A stretch of 64,000 nt of DNA, from contig CAKNPS010000001.1 of assembly GCA_930990515.1 (NCBI GenBank), positions 295,280 to 359,279 of the forward strand. Direction: 5' to 3'. This document shows positions 1 to 9,689 of this stretch, piece by piece (within the stretch, counting starts at the first letter, position 1; every line of letters starts with the position of its first letter). The notes under the pieces are model-generated. The model was not told where the DNA came from. It worked only from the letters and a program-made list of their open reading frames with translations, and made no database searches. The position numbers and the translations under genes are program-made. The DNA comes from an uncultured Clostridia bacterium. Its GTDB lineage: Bacteria; Bacillota; Clostridia; Christensenellales; UBA1242.

Positions 1-456
1 CTTTTCATCTTCATAAGAGTGAAATTCAATAAAATATTTTTTGCCATTTTTGTTTACAGTAACCTTGCACCATTTAGACAATGCATTAGTAACAGAAGCA
101 CCAACACCATGGAGCCCGCCAGAATATTTATAATTTTCATTATTAAATTTTCCACCTGCGTGCAAAGTGGTATAAACAACTTCCACACCACTTTTTTTAA
201 GTGTTGGATGCATATCAACAGGAATACCACGACCATTATCTTCAACAGTTGCACTTCCATCTTTATTTAGAGTTATTTTAATGGTATCACCAAAACCATT
301 GGAAATTTCGTCAATTGAGTTATCAACAATCTCCCATAAAATGTGGTGAAACCCACGCGCACTTGTTGTTCCGATATACATACCTGGACGAAGCCTAACT
401 GCGTCTAAACCTTCAAGAACAACAATATCTTTTGATTCATATTTTTTATCTGCCAT
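1..456 (-). CDS. Type IIA topoisomerase subunit B (GyrB or ParE), N-terminal GHKL ATPase part; 3' end runs off the window
   Basis: Not in the ORF track. Translating the minus strand from ATG 456..454 gives MADKKYESKDIVVLEGLDAVRLRPGMYIGTT..ILWEIVDNSIDE..DNGRGIPVDMHP..LHAGGKF, the canonical GyrB/ParE N-terminus. 152 aa cannot separate the two paralogs. Confidence 0.85.
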   Translation of the reverse strand, partial: MADKKYESKDIVVLEGLDAVRLRPGMYIGTTSARGFHHILWEIVDNSIDEISNGFGDTIKITLNKDGSATVEDNGRGIPVDMHPTLKKSGVEVVYTTLHAGGKFNNENYKYSGGLHGVGASVTNALSKWCKVTVNKNGKKYFIEFHSYEDEK

Positions 457-791
457 AAAAACCTCGCAAAATAAATTAAGATACAAAATCTTTATAGTTT
501 ATTATAACACAAAAATAAAAAATCAAAAAATAAATTGAAAAGGTTTAACGAAAAAATATTCATAAAATTACAATTTTTTCTACACTTAAATTTCAATTTT
601 TTTGCAAAAACAAAACGCATTTTTTTGATATGATAAATTAAAGTAGAAACTTTATATTTATTCATATTTACGCATAATTATAATATCGCACTATTCATTA
701 AAAAGACATTTTGATAATCTGTTAAAACACAATTTTTAAAAACTTCATAAATATTACATATAAAAAAGGAAATAATATTTTAAAGGCTAAT

Positions 792-1832
792 ATGAAAAAG
801 ATAATTTTAACAGGTGGCGGAACGGCTGGACATATTTATCCCGCACTCGCCCTTATACCTAAGCTTAAAGAATATGAAATTCACTATTTTGGTGGAAATG
901 GAATGGAAAAGGAAATTTTAAAATCTTTTCCTAAAATTATTTATCACGAAATTCCTACAGTTAAACTTGAAAGAAAACTCACACTCAAAAACTTGTTAAT
1001 TCCTTTCAAACTTTTAAAATCAATAAAACTTTGTAAGAAAGAAATAAAAACTTTAAAACCGAATATCATTTTTTCTAAAGGTGGCTTTGTTGCAGTTCCA
1101 GTTGTAATGGCCGGACACAAATTAAAAGTTCCAATCATAAGTCACGAAAGCGATTTAAGTTTAGGCCTTGCCAACAAAATTATTCTTCGTTACTGTAACG
1201 TTCTTTGCACCACTTTTGAAAAGACGAGCAAGCTTAATCAAAAATGTTTTTATACTGGTCAGCCAATAAGGGATAAAATTTTAAATGGTAAGAAAATAAA
1301 ATTTTTTGAAAATGACAAACCTGTTCTTCTTGTATTAGGTGGAAGTTTGGGCGCAAAATTTTTAAATGATGTGGTAACAAAAAATCTTGACGAATTAACA
1401 AAAAGTTTCAATGTTTTACATATCACTGGTCAAAACAATTATAAAAAAATTACTCACAAAAATTACATAAATCTTCCTTACGCTGAAAATATTGAAGACT
1501 ATTATAAGTCTGCTGACATTGTTTTGTCGCGTGCTGGCAGTGGTGTTATAAACGAACTTCTTGTTCTTAAAAAACTTATGCTTTTGATTCCATTATCAAA
1601 AAATTGTTCTCGTGGCGACCAAATTGAAAATGCTAAATATTTTCAAGAATTAGGATATTCACAAATGATTGAAGAAGAAAATGCAAGTTTTCCTAAAATT
1701 ATAGAAAAACTTAACGAAATGATAAAAAATAAAGAAAAATACCTTAAAAATATGGAAAAAAGTAAAAAAAATAGTGCAAATTCAATAATTTTAAATCTAA
1801 TTAAGAAATATGAAATAAAAAATAATAATTAA
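792..1832 (+). CDS. murG: Undecaprenyl-PP-MurNAc-pentapeptide UDP-GlcNAc transferase MurG
   Basis: 346 aa. N-terminal TGGGTAGHIYPALAL loop, GGSLGA motif and GT28 length and layout. Confidence 0.9.
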   Translation: MKKIILTGGGTAGHIYPALALIPKLKEYEIHYFGGNGMEKEILKSFPKIIYHEIPTVKLERKLTLKNLLIPFKLLKSIKLCKKEIKTLKPNIIFSKGGFVAVPVVMAGHKLKVPIISHESDLSLGLANKIILRYCNVLCTTFEKTSKLNQKCFYTGQPIRDKILNGKKIKFFENDKPVLLVLGGSLGAKFLNDVVTKNLDELTKSFNVLHITGQNNYKKITHKNYINLPYAENIEDYYKSADIVLSRAGSGVINELLVLKKLMLLIPLSKNCSRGDQIENAKYFQELGYSQMIEEENASFPKIIEKLNEMIKNKEKYLKNMEKSKKNSANSIILNLIKKYEIKNNN

Positions 1833-1866
1833 AAACGACAAATTTTAATTATTATTTTAATATTTT

Positions 1867-1895
1867 TTGACAAATTACAACAATATTTTTATAAT
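1867..1895 (+). promoter_or_regulatory. Orphan consensus sigma-A-type promoter (TTGACA-17-TATAAT) facing the 3' end of the convergent S8 protease gene
   Basis: ttgaca 1867-1872, 17-nt spacer, tataat 1890-1895. There is no plus-strand ORF downstream. Confidence 0.35.
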
Positions 1896-1989
1896 TTTAA
1901 TTTTTTGTTATTTATTTAATTTTTTGAAATTTTCAATTATTTTATTATTTTTATAGTAGAAATTTGGCGAAAAAATTAAATTTTTTATT

Positions 1990-3141
1990 TTAAGAAAATT
2001 TCAATATTCTTTTTAGGTTCGGGACTCCATAACCTTCACTGTTCGCATCAAAGCCAATGGACGAACAACTTTGTAACAATTTCAATTTTACTTCTTGTGG
2101 AGATAATTTTGGAAACCTTTCAAGCATCAAACAAATGAAACCGGCAATCATAGGAGTTGCCACACTCGTTCCAGAAAGTTTAGTATAAAACTCACTTCTT
2201 CCACAAGATGTTATATCCACACTTGGAGCCACCACATCAGGTTTAAAATGTCTTAATGCAGGACCACGCGATGAAAAATTTGCCATTTCAAAGAAGTCTT
2301 TATTAAAAGTTTTGTCATCAAATCGGTTATCGTCAAAACCGCCAACTGTTATAATTTCTGAACTTATTCCTGGCGATTTTATTGTGCTTTCTTTTGGTCC
2401 GCTGTTACCTGCTGCTGCAACCACAACAACTCCGTCTTGCCAAAGAGCATTCGCCCCTTGCATAATAGGGTCATTATAACCTATCGGTTCACTCCCAAAA
2501 CTCATACAAACAACTTTAATTTTTTCTTTTTTATGATTATTAAAAACCCACTCCATTGCATCTAAAATTTTGTTAGCAGTTGCCTCCCCATTTTTGTTCA
2601 ACGCTTTCAAAGAGTAAATATTTGATTTTGGCGCAATTCCTGCATATTTAAATTTTGATAAATATCCGTTTCCAGCACAAACTCCACAAACAAATGTTCC
2701 ATGTCCATTGTCGTCATAAGGATAATTTTTGTTTTCAATGAAATCTTTAAAGAATTTAATGCGATTTTCACCTAGCATAAAGTCACAATGCGGATTTATT
2801 CCTGTATCAATAAAAGCAACATTAATTCCTTCGCCAAGCAGATTAAAATCATTGATTTTCAAAATATCTCTTGATATATTCATTTGACAACAAGCAACAG
2901 AAAGTGATGAAATATATTCAACAAAACTTGTTTTTGATAAAGCATAAATCTCTTCTTTTGTGGCGCGACAAAAGAAAGAATTAATGAATAAATATTCATT
3001 TTTAATTTCAATTTTCATCTTTTGAAGAATATGTAAAAGAGCATTTTTATTGTTATAGTAAACAAAACAATCAATTTTGTTATCATTTGTTAAACAATAA
3101 ATCAGTTGAAATAGTCTTTGGTCAATCTTTTTGTAGTTCAT
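1990..3141 (-). CDS. Subtilisin-like serine peptidase (S8 family) with N-terminal pro-region
   Basis: Catalytic triad motifs are in order: AFIDTGI (Asp), HGTFVCG (His), SGTSVATPMIAG (Ser). No obvious signal peptide. Confidence 0.85.
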   Translation of the reverse strand: MNYKKIDQRLFQLIYCLTNDNKIDCFVYYNNKNALLHILQKMKIEIKNEYLFINSFFCRATKEEIYALSKTSFVEYISSLSVACCQMNISRDILKINDFNLLGEGINVAFIDTGINPHCDFMLGENRIKFFKDFIENKNYPYDDNGHGTFVCGVCAGNGYLSKFKYAGIAPKSNIYSLKALNKNGEATANKILDAMEWVFNNHKKEKIKVVCMSFGSEPIGYNDPIMQGANALWQDGVVVVAAAGNSGPKESTIKSPGISSEIITVGGFDDNRFDDKTFNKDFFEMANFSSRGPALRHFKPDVVAPSVDITSCGRSEFYTKLSGTSVATPMIAGFICLMLERFPKLSPQEVKLKLLQSCSSIGFDANSEGYGVPNLKRILKFS

Positions 3142-3424
3142 CTATTATCCTTATCATTCTGTCAAAATTTTCTTCTGGAATAAGTCCCTTAAAACTATAT
3201 AGCGTGTTCAAAAGCCCATCATAATCAAAATCTCCACGCTTTTTCTGTTCTTTTATATTGTCCGCAAGCCTTTTCATCAAATCATCTTCGGACATATCTT
3301 TCATATCATTATAAAGTTTTGTAAGTTCTTCTTCATTTGCATTTGAAGTCTTACTTTCTAACTTTTCCTTTGCTTTTGCTTCTTTCTTTTCGTTTTCACC
3401 ATTTACAAATTCACTTAATTTCAT
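3122..3424 (-). CDS. Small acidic hypothetical protein, overlapping the S8 protease start
   Basis: ATG at 3424 is preceded by GAGG. The 100-aa Lys/Glu-rich product ends 20 nt inside the S8 gene. No family recognised. Confidence 0.5.
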   Translation of the reverse strand: MKLSEFVNGENEKKEAKAKEKLESKTSNANEEELTKLYNDMKDMSEDDLMKRLADNIKEQKKRGDFDYDGLLNTLYSFKGLIPEENFDRMIRIIDELQKD

Positions 3425-3505
3425 AACAACCTCATCTATTTTCAATATATGATAGATTTTAAAAATTTTACACAAATATAAAACTTGTTAGCATATAAAT
3501 TATAT

Positions 3506-3847
3506 ATGAACGAAAATAACAACCTTTCATATTATCCAGAAAATATAACTATTAAAGATGGCAAAGTGACTACAGAGAGTTTGAACAATTCGCAAAATGA
3601 AAACATTGGCAAAAATTCAAACACACAAAACAAGTCTCCAAACACACCACCTTTAAATCTTTTAATGTCATTAATTGGAAATAATAAAAATATGACAGAC
3701 ATTCTGCCTATACTACTTGCCAAAAATGCAAATTTCAATTCGGAACAACTAACAAGCCTTATGAAAAATTTTCAAAAAAACACACCGACAAAAAATTTCC
3801 CAAGCGAAACAAAAAAATTTCATAAAACTAATATTGAAAATATGTAA
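3506..3847 (+). CDS. Hypothetical Asn/Lys-rich low-complexity protein
   Basis: First ATG of the 3485..3847 ORF. No clear SD. A shared hairpin terminator (aagtagtc-aaa-gactactt) follows near 3880-3900. Coding status is uncertain. Confidence 0.3.
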   Translation: MNENNNLSYYPENITIKDGKVTTESLNNSQNENIGKNSNTQNKSPNTPPLNLLMSLIGNNKNMTDILPILLAKNANFNSEQLTSLMKNFQKNTPTKNFPSETKKFHKTNIENM

Positions 3848-3899
3848 GCTAAAATATTAAAAAAGTCAAATTTAAAATAAAAAAGTAGTCAAAGACTAC

Positions 3900-4553
3900 T
3901 TAATCAACAATTTCTCCATTTTCAAAATATATCTTTCTTTTACTGATTTTATCAGCAAGTTCTGGCCTTGTGCAAGCCACAATCACGGTTGTATCTTGTG
4001 ACTTTAACCTCTTTATCATAGCAAGAATGGCATCAACATAAACTTCACTTATTTCATCAAAAATATTATCAACGAGTAGTAAATCAATAGGTCTAAATGA
4101 AAGACGAATGAGAGATAAAATATACTTATCTTCCTTTCTTATATTTTTAACTTTCGTATCTCTAATTTTTTCAAGCGAATATTCAATGATAGCATTATTA
4201 ATCATTTTTTCGGCATCAGCAGGCTTAACACCCTTTTTGTTCAAGATATATTTAAAGTTTTCGTAAACGGTTTTATTTTCCAAAAAAACTGGGCAATAAG
4301 GCACATAACCAAGATTAATATCAGTTTTGAAATCAATTTTCTTGAGTGGAATTTTGTTTATATAAATTTCACCACTATCATAATTTTCTAGTTTTGCAAT
4401 AACACGCAAAAGACTTGTTTTTCCACTGTTTTGTTCCCCCACAAGAGCAACTGTTTCGCCAACTGCAACATCAAGATTAATATCTTTTAAGGCGTAATAT
4501 TCTCTTGTATATTTTAAACATAGATTTTTGATTGATAACATATTTTTCTCCAT
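3900..4553 (-). CDS. ABC-type ATPase-like protein with degenerate catalytic motifs, no adjacent permease
   Basis: Walker A GEQNSGKTS is present. The LSGGQ signature is absent, Walker B reads LLLVDN (catalytic Glu is Asn), and I did not find a canonical Q-loop or H-loop. Confidence 0.7.
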   Translation of the reverse strand: MEKNMLSIKNLCLKYTREYYALKDINLDVAVGETVALVGEQNSGKTSLLRVIAKLENYDSGEIYINKIPLKKIDFKTDINLGYVPYCPVFLENKTVYENFKYILNKKGVKPADAEKMINNAIIEYSLEKIRDTKVKNIRKEDKYILSLIRLSFRPIDLLLVDNIFDEISEVYVDAILAMIKRLKSQDTTVIVACTRPELADKISKRKIYFENGEIVD

Positions 4554-4653
4554 TAAATAATGTTAGCATTAAAATGCCACACAGTTACACTTATATAATA
4601 CTATAATTTAAAAAAAAATAAAAGCGATTTAGAAGATTTACAAAAATTTCGCT

Positions 4654-4806
4654 CACACGTTGTGTGTTTTTAAGACTTTAAATTTAACATTTTATTTACT
4701 TTTTAAATTTATAAAAATTTCAAATATAGATAATTTTAACTTATGTAGGTAATTTTACTTAGTATGAAAACAAAAATTTTAACAAACAAAAAACACACAA
4801 CGTGTG
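4654..4806. repeat. Perfect 18-bp inverted repeat (cacacgttgtgtgttttt / aaaaacacacaacgtgtg) flanking 117 bp of AT-rich spacer
   Basis: Arms at 4654-4671 and 4789-4806. Each arm is itself a cacac-gtt-gtgtg hairpin. The right arm sits directly after the stop of the 4809..5330 gene and acts as its terminator. Confidence 0.8.
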
Positions 4807-4808
4807 TG

Positions 4809-5330
4809 TTAATTTTCCGATTTTTTAACATTTAATTCAAAAATATTTGAAACAACTTCTGTTGATGTCAAAATTTGCCCAGAGCCTGCATCATTTTCTG
4901 TCACATTTCCAACAACAACTCTAAACGACAGTTTTGTATCACTTGAAGAATTGAGTAAATAAATTTGATTTCCTTTTTCTTCATATTTTTCATAAGTCTC
5001 ATAACCCGAAAGCCCATTCGCATTGGCAATTAAAACTGTTAAGTTATACCATTCATCTGCTTTCTCAAAATATAAACTTGTTTTTTCTTCCAGTTCCTTA
5101 CCAAAAGAAATTATTTGTCCAGCATCTGAACATTTAATCTGTAAATCAACATATTTTCCTTCCACACGACTATCTTTGTCTAAAACCATATTAAAAGCAT
5201 AGTTTGTGCTGAGTCCCTGCGTCTTATCGCAAAGATGTGCACACATAACTCCTTCTCCATCACAACCAGATAGAACAAAAGTCATAATTAATAATATTGG
5301 AAGAATATTTGTCAAAATCAACTTTTTCAT
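4809..5330 (-). CDS. Lipoprotein of unknown function
   Basis: Start moved to MKKLILTNILPILLIMTFVLSGC (lipobox LSGC). No family recognised. Confidence 0.7.
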   Translation of the reverse strand: MKKLILTNILPILLIMTFVLSGCDGEGVMCAHLCDKTQGLSTNYAFNMVLDKDSRVEGKYVDLQIKCSDAGQIISFGKELEEKTSLYFEKADEWYNLTVLIANANGLSGYETYEKYEEKGNQIYLLNSSSDTKLSFRVVVGNVTENDAGSGQILTSTEVVSNIFELNVKKSEN

Positions 5331-5430
5331 ATTAGTATTTTGCACAAAAATCAAAAAATTAGCATAAAATACGCATTTTTGTTTAATTTTTATCAAAAAT
5401 TTTAAAATTTTTATTGTTTATAGAAAAATA

Positions 5431-5471
5431 AAAAAACTTCCTAACAAAAGTTAAGAAGTCTTTTTTATTTT
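5431..5471. terminator. Rho-independent terminator downstream of hpf (bidirectional shape)
   Basis: acttcctaac-aaaa-gttaagaagt stem with one mismatch, flanked by an A-run and a T-run. Confidence 0.6.
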
Positions 5472-5473
5472 AA

Positions 5474-5998
5474 TTAGAAATTAACTTCGATAAGTCCATA
5501 TTTTTCATCATTTCTCTTATATAAAACATTCACTTTACCAGTTTCTGCATTAAGGAAGATGAAGAAGGTATGTCCAAGTCTTTCAATAGCATCTTTTGCT
5601 TCCTCCACCATAATTGGTTCAAGTTCGAAAGATTTTTTCTTATAAATTTCTGGAAGTTTAGTTTCTGGCATTTCGTCAATAAATTCAAAAGGAAGTTTTT
5701 CAACTTTTTTCTTTGAATCACGAATTTTTCCACGATGACGAATGATTTGTCTTTCCAATTTTGGAAGTGCAAAGTCAATGTTATTATACATATTTTCCCC
5801 ACTCACTTCAGAACGATATAAAAGCCCTTTATTTGAAATTGTAACTTCCAACTTTTCAATTTTGTTTTGTCTTACACAAGCAACGGTCACCCCTGCATCA
5901 TCACCAAAATATTTTGAAAGTTTCTCAAGCTTTTCAGTGATAACCTTTTTAAATCTTTCAGCGATTTTATAGTTTTTTTCAACAAATTTAATTTTCAT
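5474..5998 (-). CDS. hpf: Ribosome hibernation promoting factor, long form
   Basis: 174 aa. RaiA/S30AE N-terminal domain plus C-terminal dimerisation domain (..LGHTFFIFLNAETGKVNVLYKRNDEKYGLIE). Confidence 0.9.
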   Translation of the reverse strand: MKIKFVEKNYKIAERFKKVITEKLEKLSKYFGDDAGVTVACVRQNKIEKLEVTISNKGLLYRSEVSGENMYNNIDFALPKLERQIIRHRGKIRDSKKKVEKLPFEFIDEMPETKLPEIYKKKSFELEPIMVEEAKDAIERLGHTFFIFLNAETGKVNVLYKRNDEKYGLIEVNF

Positions 5999-6069
5999 AA
6001 TTTCTTCTCCTTGTAGAATGATTATATCAAATTTTTATTAAACTAGCAAACAAATTAGAAGCATTTATC

Positions 6070-8508
6070 TTATTTTTTCATTGAAAAATCAATATCTCCA
6101 TCATCTTTCAATGATAAAACAATCGTTCCTTTGTCTTCAAGTTCACCAAGAAGCAGTTTCTCAGCAATTCTATCTTCAATTTCTTGCTCCATAAATCGAC
6201 GGAGTGGTCTTGCACCATATTCAAGGTTAGAACCTTTCCCAACAATATATTCTACCACTTCTTCTGGAACTTCAAGTTGCAACCCCCTTTGTGCAAGGCG
6301 TTTATTGATATTTGTAAGAAGAATATTTGCAATTTTAATAAGGTCTGCCTTTTTAAGTGGTTCAAAGATGCAAATAACATCAATACGATTGATAAGTTCT
6401 GGCTTAAAGCGTTTTTTAAGTGCTTCCATATAAATTTCTTTTTCAGCAACTTCTTCTTGTTTTTCGCCACCAAAACCAAGTTTTTTGTGTTGTCTAATTT
6501 CATTAGCGCCGATGTTGCTTGTCATAATGATGATGGTGTTTTTAAAACTTACCGTTCTACCCTTTCCGTCTGTAAGTCTGCCATCATCAAGAATTTGAAG
6601 TAGTGCATTCAAAACTTCTGGGTGAGCCTTTTCAATTTCATCAAAAAGAACAACGCTATATGGTTTTCTTCTTACTTGCTCAGTGAGTTGCCCACCTTCA
6701 TCAAAGCCGACATATCCTGGTGGAGAGCCAATGAGTTTGGAAACCGTGTGACTTTCCATATACTCACTCATATCAATTCTTATGATATTGTTTTCATTAT
6801 CAAACATTGCTTCTGCAATTGCCTTTGAAAGTTCTGTCTTACCAACCCCAGTGGGTCCCATAAACAAGAATGAACCAATTGGTCTTTTACTGTCTTGAAG
6901 CCCAACTCTTGCACGCCTAATTGCTTTTGAAACAGCATCAACTGCTTCATTTTGCCCAACAACTCTTTTATGCAAAATTTCTTCAAGATGAACAAGTTTT
7001 TCTTTCTCGCCTTCTGTAATTTTGGTCACTGGAATTCCAGTCCATTTTGAAACAACTTCAGCAATTTCATTCGCCCCAATTTGATTTGTTGAACTCTTTT
7101 TCTTGACTCTTTGGTCATATTTTTTAAGTTCTTCTTCAAGTTTAACAATTTCAGATTGAAGCTTTGCTGCTTTTTCATAATTTCTTTGAAGGGAAGCATC
7201 GTCACGATTTGCCGACAAAACTCTCACTTGTTCTTCCAAATCTCTCACTTTTTGTGGTTTTAAAGTGAAGTTGACTTTGGCACGCGAACAAGCCTCATCA
7301 ATAAGGTCAATTGCCTTATCTGGCAAACTTCTGTCCATTATATATCTATCAGAAAGATTTGCAGCGGCTTCAATTGCTTCATCTGTTATGATAATTTTGT
7401 GGAATGCTTCATAAGTGTCACGAAGCCCCTTCAAAATTTCTATGGTCTGTTCCACACTTGGTGGGTTTACCATTACAGGTTGAAATCTTCTTTCTAACGC
7501 CTTGTCTTTTTCAATAAATTTTCGATATTCATCAGTGGTTGTTGCCCCAATTGTTTGAAGTTCCCCACGAGCAAGATATGGTTTAAGCATATCAGCAGGA
7601 CTAGTTTCCCCTTTCTCACTGCCGGCCTGTGCCAAAGTGTGAATTTCATCAATAAACACGATGATATTACCTGCCTTAATGATTGTTTCAATGCAATCTT
7701 TAAGTTTTTCTTCCATTTGCCCACGATATTTAGTGCCAGCCATAAGTCCGCCAATTTCTAACGAATAAATGACCTTATCTTTGATTTCTTCTGGCACATC
7801 ACCACTAACAATTGCTTGTGCTAAACCTTCTACAACGGCAGTCTTACCAACCCCAGCTTCCCCAATAAGCACAGGGTTATTTTTTGTTTTTCGGCAAAGA
7901 ATTTCAATAACTCTTTGAATTTCTTCTTCCCTGCCAATGACTGGGTCAAGTTTATGTTGTTTTGCTTTTAATGTGATGTCGCTTCCCATTTCAAGAAGCT
8001 TATCAGGAAGAGAACTCCCCACCTGATTTTTATTTTCTTCATTTCCGCCATTTGAAGATGAATTATTTATCTGCATGTGGCTTAAAATTTTTCCACGAAG
8101 TTCGTCAACATCAACATTAAATGCACTCATTAAGATTTTTGTTGCATAGCAAGTTTTGTTTTGTATCATTGCAAGAAGCAAATGCTCTGTCCCAATAAAT
8201 GAATGGTTAAAATCAAGAGCAATTTGTTGTGCCTGCTTAAATAGGTCTTTAGTCCTAGGTGTCAGTTCAACATTACCAAAAAGTGACATACCACTGCTTG
8301 ATTGCTCAAACAAATCAAATAATTCGCTTTCTGTCACCCCTTCATCACGAAGAAGTTTCGCTGCAATAGAATCGGTTATTGTGGTAATTCCATACAAAAT
8401 ATGTTCAGTGCCGACAAGTTGACTGCCAAAACGAAGAGCAATCTTGCTGGCACTTTTGATTACTTTTTCAATACTATCAGAAAATTGAATATTGTTATTG
8501 TATCCCAT
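6070..8508 (-). CDS. clpC: ATP-dependent Clp protease ATP-binding subunit ClpC
   Basis: 812 aa. Clp_N repeats, two AAA+ modules ([16 protein letters not shown]) and a coiled-coil linker between them. Confidence 0.95.
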   Translation of the reverse strand: MGYNNNIQFSDSIEKVIKSASKIALRFGSQLVGTEHILYGITTITDSIAAKLLRDEGVTESELFDLFEQSSSGMSLFGNVELTPRTKDLFKQAQQIALDFNHSFIGTEHLLLAMIQNKTCYATKILMSAFNVDVDELRGKILSHMQINNSSSNGGNEENKNQVGSSLPDKLLEMGSDITLKAKQHKLDPVIGREEEIQRVIEILCRKTKNNPVLIGEAGVGKTAVVEGLAQAIVSGDVPEEIKDKVIYSLEIGGLMAGTKYRGQMEEKLKDCIETIIKAGNIIVFIDEIHTLAQAGSEKGETSPADMLKPYLARGELQTIGATTTDEYRKFIEKDKALERRFQPVMVNPPSVEQTIEILKGLRDTYEAFHKIIITDEAIEAAANLSDRYIMDRSLPDKAIDLIDEACSRAKVNFTLKPQKVRDLEEQVRVLSANRDDASLQRNYEKAAKLQSEIVKLEEELKKYDQRVKKKSSTNQIGANEIAEVVSKWTGIPVTKITEGEKEKLVHLEEILHKRVVGQNEAVDAVSKAIRRARVGLQDSKRPIGSFLFMGPTGVGKTELSKAIAEAMFDNENNIIRIDMSEYMESHTVSKLIGSPPGYVGFDEGGQLTEQVRRKPYSVVLFDEIEKAHPEVLNALLQILDDGRLTDGKGRTVSFKNTIIIMTSNIGANEIRQHKKLGFGGEKQEEVAEKEIYMEALKKRFKPELINRIDVICIFEPLKKADLIKIANILLTNINKRLAQRGLQLEVPEEVVEYIVGKGSNLEYGARPLRRFMEQEIEDRIAEKLLLGELEDKGTIVLSLKDDGDIDFSMKK

Positions 8509-8511
8509 AAA

Positions 8512-9522
8512 TTAGCCTCCTTTTGAAACCAGTTCTCTGATTTTCCTATTTATATACTCTGCTCGCACCACTTCTTCCTTTTTTATTTCAAAAAAATTTG
8601 AAAGTTCTCTTAAATTCGCTGATGAGCACTCTGTGAAAAGTTTTTCAAACTCTTTTTCCTTTATGTTAAAAAAGCCTAAAACCCCACCAAATTTCACAAG
8701 AGAAAGAAGTTTAATCATTTCATTCTCACCTAAAATAGCACATTCAGACAAAATTCCATAAGCACGATAAATTTCGTCCTTAAGTGCCAAATGGTCATTT
8801 GATAAAATATCTTCCCTAGCCGATAATTCCATTTCACAAATGGAAGAAATTTCATCTAAAACTTCTTCAATAATTTCTTCTTCGTTCTTTCCAAGCGAAT
8901 TTTGATTGGATATTTGATAAAATGCACCATAGGAATTAGTTCCTTCTCCATAAAGTCCACGAATTGTGAGCCCTTTTGAGTAAACTTCTTGTTTCATCAT
9001 ATCAAATTCACCACGCCTTTCAATCCCTGGCAGAAAAAGCATAACAGATGCTCTCATACCTGTTCCTAAATTGGAAGGGCTAGCAGTTATAAATCCAAAT
9101 TTGTCATTATAGGCGATGTCTATTTCAGATAAGATTTTTTCATCAAGTTTCTTTATTTCACGATATGGTCTATATAGGTTAAGTCCACCATACATACATT
9201 GTGCCCTTATATGATCTTCTTCATTCATCATAACAATGGTATGCTCATCACTACTTATTGCCACTGCTGAAATGTCTTTATTTTCAATAAGTTCCTTGCT
9301 TATTATATGTCTTTCCAAAAGTGCATTACATTCATTTAAAGAGAGTGATTTAAGTCTTATAAAATCAAAATCGCCAAATTCCTCTAAAACGTGCTTTGTC
9401 TTTTTTAAAATGTATTCGGCATCATCAACATTTGAAAGTTTCGTGAAGAAATTAAAGCCAGCAAAATTTCTTGCCAGCCTAATTCTCGAAGATATTGCCA
9501 CCTTTTCAAAATCTTCAAACAT
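8512..9522 (-). CDS. mcsB: Protein arginine kinase McsB
   Basis: 336 aa. ATP:guanido phosphotransferase motifs (NEEDHIRAQ, NLGTGMRAS). Lies 3 nt upstream of clpC. Confidence 0.9.
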   Translation of the reverse strand: MFEDFEKVAISSRIRLARNFAGFNFFTKLSNVDDAEYILKKTKHVLEEFGDFDFIRLKSLSLNECNALLERHIISKELIENKDISAVAISSDEHTIVMMNEEDHIRAQCMYGGLNLYRPYREIKKLDEKILSEIDIAYNDKFGFITASPSNLGTGMRASVMLFLPGIERRGEFDMMKQEVYSKGLTIRGLYGEGTNSYGAFYQISNQNSLGKNEEEIIEEVLDEISSICEMELSAREDILSNDHLALKDEIYRAYGILSECAILGENEMIKLLSLVKFGGVLGFFNIKEKEFEKLFTECSSANLRELSNFFEIKKEEVVRAEYINRKIRELVSKGG

Positions 9523-9544
9523 TCACACCTCTTAAGTTTTAAAG

Positions 9545-9689
9545 ATTATTCTCCTTTGTGTGTTTTTCCACCATACATTTTAAGAACGGCATTTTGAACT
9601 TCTGGAAGGTCGTAGCATTTTTCACAGCCCACGAACCCTGTTTCCAAAATTTCTTGAACAGTTGTGCCACATTTAGAGCACTTATTCAT
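9545..9689 (-). pseudogene. mcsA: Minimal mcsA-like zinc-finger gene with an apparent +1 frameshift
   Basis: ATG 9689 (GGAG 8 nt upstream) encodes MNKCSKCGTT, then hits TGA at 9623-9621. The next frame reads VQEILETGFVGCEKCYDLPEVQNAVLKMYGGKTHKGE* to 9545. Removing one C at 9660-9662 restores the McsA CxxCG..GCxxCY..GG.THxG pattern. Confidence 0.45.

Noticed and set aside
5999-6069. raiA RNA motif upstream of hpf
   Set aside because: The spacer is only 71 nt and AT-rich, which is far too short for the ~200-nt motif.
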